A stretch of 64,000 nt of DNA from a virus (lineage: Duplodnaviria > Heunggongvirae > Uroviricota > Caudoviricetes), in IMG/VR virus record IMGVR_UViG_3300011972_000167; one strand, given 5' to 3'. Within the stretch, counting starts at the first letter, position 1. Each line of letters opens with the position of its first letter. Under the pieces are notes generated by a model. It saw nothing but the letters and a program-made list of their open reading frames with translations. It made no database searches and was not told the origin of the DNA. The position numbers and the translations under genes were made by a program. Below are positions 61,279 to 64,000 of this stretch, in pieces.

Positions 61279-61312
61279 TTAACCAGTTAAGGCTCTGGTA
61301 TAACAAAAGCCT
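61279..61312 (+). repeat. Pseudoknot-forming repeat copy 2
   Basis: TTAACCAGTTAAGGCTCTGGTATAACAAAAGCCT. Confidence 0.85.
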
Positions 61313-61318
61313 GTATAA

Positions 61319-61391
61319 AGCAGGATAGAGCAAATGGTAGCTCACTGGATTCATACTCCAGAGGTTATAGGTTCAAGTCCTATTCCTGCAA
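61319..61391 (+). tRNA. tRNA-Met (CAT), initiator-like, no encoded CCA
   Basis: A1:A72 mismatch above GCAGGA/TCCTGC, D-arm GAGC/GCTC, CTGGA-TTCATAC-TCCAG, ATAGG-TTCAAGT-CCTAT. Confidence 0.9.
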
Positions 61392-61460
61392 TAAGCACTT
61401 TGTGCTTCTTGTAACATATTTATTCCTTTCTTCAGGCTACCGTGAGGTAGCCTGAAGTAT

Positions 61461-61575
61461 GGCAAAGTAGTTTAATGTAAAACAAATAGGCACTTCCTTG
61501 TATTGATAACTTCATTACAAATATACTCATCACAACAACTACCTATTGATTAGGGTGCAAGTCCCTACTTTGCTA
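61461..61575 (+). ncRNA. tRNA-like RNA with 51-nt expanded anticodon loop
   Basis: GGCAAAG/CTTTGCT acceptor, TA-GTTT...AAAC D-arm, AATAGG/CCTATT stem enclosing 61491-61541, TAGGG-TGCAAGT-CCCTA T-arm. Confidence 0.75.
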
Positions 61576-61713
61576 ATTGCCTTCTTAGGCATAAAAGACT
61601 CCATTTCAATTTTTTGGGTAGGATAGGTTAGCTGATAAATTATCCTTTTAAGTTTTTAATGTTGTTTTATGTTTTTTAGTATACCATATAAACAGCTAAC
61701 CTATCTAAAATAA

Positions 61714-61797
61714 ACAGGTATGGCGGAATAGGTAGACGCAGAGGACTTAAAATCCTCTTATAGAAATATAGTGCCAGTTCAAGTCTGGTTATCTGTA
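61714..61797 (+). tRNA. tRNA-Leu (TAA), no encoded CCA
   Basis: ACAGGTA/TATCTGT, GCGGAATAGGTAGACGC, GAGGA-CTTAAAA-TCCTC, long variable arm, GCCAG-TTCAAGT-CTGGT. Confidence 0.93.
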
Positions 61798-61874
61798 TGA
61801 GTAGTTAACATTGGGCATGGTGATGGCTACTTACTTACTTCGCATATTTCTCACCTGAGAAACTTCCAACTTTT

Positions 61875-61900
61875 AAGGCACTGGTTTCAGTGCCTTTTTA
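61875..61900 (+). terminator. Intrinsic terminator closing the RNA operon
   Basis: AAGGCACTG-GTTT-CAGTGCCTT + T tract. Confidence 0.85.
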
Positions 61901-61922
61901 ATTTTTAAGGAGAAAATAGTTT

Positions 61923-62699
61923 ATGAGTACTAACTTATTAGGTATGCTTAGAAAAATAGAATCAGATAATAGTATAGAAATTATATTTGCTTGTGATATA
62001 GGCAGTAGAGCATTAGGATATTCTACTGAAAACAGCGATTATGATATCAGATTTATTTATATACAACATTCTAAAAAGTATCTAACTATAGATAAAAATA
62101 AATTTAATGATACAATTAAATTTAATAAAGACAATTTAGATTTTATAGGATATGACATTAAAAAAGCGTTAAATTTCTGTTTAACTTCTAATACAGCTTT
62201 GTGGGATATGATTTACTCAAGTTCTGTTATTTTAGAAACTAGCTTATGTAATGATATTAAGAATATAGCTAAAAAGTTTTTTAATAAAAAGACTCTTATA
62301 AAGCAATATACAGCTAATGCTTATAACAGATATACTAAATACATACTAAATAAAGATACTGTTAAAATAAAGGATTATGCTTTAACTTTAGTAAAGCTAG
62401 CTTTAGCTATAGCTATTTCAAGAGATACTTTTAATAAAGATACTGTGATTAAGGCAAATTTATCAAATTGTTTTAGCATATACCCAAAAGATATGTCAAA
62501 TACTTTAGAAAATTTAATAAAGCTTAGATTAAGAGGTAATGAATACACACAAAGGATAGAATTATTTGATAATTACATTAAATATTATATAGAAATACTT
62601 GATAAAATAGAAAAGACTTTAGTTTATGATACATCAGATAATAATTTAGATGAATATTTTTATAAGTTAATAGTGTTTAGATTAAGTAAAGGTAAGTAG
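61923..62699 (+). CDS. Pol-beta superfamily nucleotidyltransferase (YcgL/RlaP-like)
   Basis: GSRALGYSTENSDYDIRFIY, YDIKKAL. Confidence 0.8.
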   Translation: MSTNLLGMLRKIESDNSIEIIFACDIGSRALGYSTENSDYDIRFIYIQHSKKYLTIDKNKFNDTIKFNKDNLDFIGYDIKKALNFCLTSNTALWDMIYSSSVILETSLCNDIKNIAKKFFNKKTLIKQYTANAYNRYTKYILNKDTVKIKDYALTLVKLALAIAISRDTFNKDTVIKANLSNCFSIYPKDMSNTLENLIKLRLRGNEYTQRIELFDNYIKYYIEILDKIEKTLVYDTSDNNLDEYFYKLIVFRLSKGK

Positions 62700-62803
62700 C
62701 CTAGGTTAGTAAAAAACAGCTTATAAATACTATAAAATTGATTTTAATTTGCTTAGATTGTTTATAGAGTAAGAGTATTAATTTAATTTTGGAGGTAGAT
62801 GTT

Positions 62804-63664
62804 ATGTTGTATTGTATAGCCGTAATAGTGGATGGAAAAGGTACGGAACTTGGATTCAGATTATTAGATACTAAGCTTATTGGTGCTAAAGGTGTTGAAA
62901 AGACAAAGAATTTTTCTACTAATGTTATTTTAGCAAAGCTTAAAGAGGAGCCTGATTCAATAGCTAACTTAGGTATTAGGGATGGTAAAGTAATAGGTAC
63001 TAATGGAGTATTGGACAGATATACCAAGATAAGCCAAGACAATCAGTCTGTTTCAGAGCCAAGAATGGTAGTTTTATTCAGAACAGATAGCGGTTTTATT
63101 GTAACCGATGGATTCGGAAATGTTACATCTGTTAGTGATAAAGGTGTACTAGAACTTAATAAAAAAGCGGATGTATCAAATGGAAAGCTAGTATCCAAAG
63201 ATGGAAAAGAGTTTATAAGCTCTATAGTGGGTGAGTACCCATTTATGGAGGCTAAGAAAAAGGCAGAAGTTAAGAAAGCAGAGTTATTGTTTATTTCACC
63301 TTCTGATACAGTGCCTCAAATGATAGAAAAGTTTGAAAAGCATGTGAAAAATCCAGAATATAGGGTTATAGGTAAATTAGATTATGCTTTAAGCTTTGAT
63401 TTACTTAGTGGTTTGTTTTATAGACATGGCTTAGGAGAGTATTCAAAAAATCAGGATACCAAAAAGTTAACAGAGGCAATAGTTTATATGAAAGACCATG
63501 CAATACCTGATTTGAAGAGAATTTGTGATAAAAAGGCTATATTTGAATATGTGCAAGGAATTAAGGAAGTGGCTAAGGGATTAAGTTCAGCAGATGCGGC
63601 GGCGGATATGGCAATAGCTTTAGCGGAATCTCTTAAGAAAGATAAAGTAAGCTTTTCAAACTAG
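62804..63664 (+). CDS. Hypothetical protein with the element's recurrent N-terminal domain
   Basis: YCIAVI...LGFRLLD...IANL...VIGTNGVLDRY resembles the N-terminus of 27040..29475. Confidence 0.7.
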   Translation: MLYCIAVIVDGKGTELGFRLLDTKLIGAKGVEKTKNFSTNVILAKLKEEPDSIANLGIRDGKVIGTNGVLDRYTKISQDNQSVSEPRMVVLFRTDSGFIVTDGFGNVTSVSDKGVLELNKKADVSNGKLVSKDGKEFISSIVGEYPFMEAKKKAEVKKAELLFISPSDTVPQMIEKFEKHVKNPEYRVIGKLDYALSFDLLSGLFYRHGLGEYSKNQDTKKLTEAIVYMKDHAIPDLKRICDKKAIFEYVQGIKEVAKGLSSADAAADMAIALAESLKKDKVSFSN

Positions 63665-63673
63665 GTTCAGCAT

Positions 63674-63715
63674 ATAAAATTAAGGCACTTTGAAATAAAG
63701 GTGCCTTAATTTTAT
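63674..63715 (+). terminator. Hairpin/terminator
   Basis: ATAAAATTAAGGCAC/GTGCCTTAATTTTAT stem. Confidence 0.7.
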
Positions 63716-63728
63716 TATAGGAGGAATT

Positions 63729-64000
63729 ATGAACTCACTAAGTAAAAGAATAAGCAGTTATTCAGATAGCATAGTAAAGAAATTTACTCGTAGTATAAAG
63801 GCTGACTATTTTATACCCGATGTATATGCAAAGAAAGTAAATTTAAGCTCTGATTTTAATTTATTGATGTTATCTTACTCTAATAGTAGTAAGTTTTGCT
63901 TGAGTTATAAGAATGGGAATAAATTTTGCATTAGCAAGAGTTATAAATTATATAAAAATGAAGTTTGTATTGAGATTAAGTTATTTTACATAGGTCATAG
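63729..64000 (+). CDS. 3'-truncated hypothetical protein
   Basis: GGAGG SD, ATG 63729, frame open to window end (MNSLSKRISSY...). Confidence 0.55.
   Translation, partial: MNSLSKRISSYSDSIVKKFTRSIKADYFIPDVYAKKVNLSSDFNLLMLSYSNSSKFCLSYKNGNKFCISKSYKLYKNEVCIEIKLFYIGH

Noticed and set aside
60855..61312. CRISPR array
   Set aside because: Only two repeat copies about 390 nt apart with tRNA between them; no cas genes seen.
61461..61575. tmRNA or group I intron-containing tRNA
   Set aside because: Insert is only 51 nt; a D-stem is present and there is no G3:U70 pair or tag reading frame.
1..64000. Stop-codon reassignment as in some jumbo phages
   Set aside because: Conserved genes are full length in code 11; TAG, TAA and TGA all end genes directly before the next start.

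Overview
AT-rich window in which essentially every credible gene lies on the + strand. It looks like part of a giant extrachromosomal element (megaplasmid or jumbo phage-like). The host is probably a Firmicute, inferred from sigmaA-type promoters, strong SD sites, lipoproteins, signal peptidase I and an NlpC/P60 enzyme. No virion genes are recognisable. In order, it carries: (1) a putative conjugation/secretion block (degenerate ParA/TadZ-like ATPase, VirB4-like ATPase, membrane FtsK/coupling-type ATPase, acidic proteins, lipoprotein); (2) an SNF2 helicase followed by nine divergent ~300-aa paralogues with C-terminal LRR-like repeats, interrupted by an IS607 (tnpA+tnpB); (3) a VWA/HExxH protein with a MoxR-like AAA partner; (4) a replication block (adenine methyltransferase, DnaC-like protein, type II topoisomerase B and A, DnaB-like helicase, RuvC-like resolvase, an NAD-dependent DNA ligase split into two genes 3.7 kb apart, ParB-HNH); (5) tandem HipA-like kinases, tmk, signal peptidase, NlpC/P60 and a radical SAM protein; (6) a ~1.1-kb non-coding operon at 60791-61900. 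This operon is the most striking feature. Three real tRNAs (Asn, fMet-like, Leu), two anticodon-less mini-tRNA mimics and one tRNA-like RNA with a 51-nt anticodon loop alternate with structured spacers. Several spacers carry reverse complements of SD+ATG sequences, suggesting a tRNA-processed array of antisense translational-repressor sRNAs (hypothesis). All family calls come from motif recognition by eye; no database searches were run.
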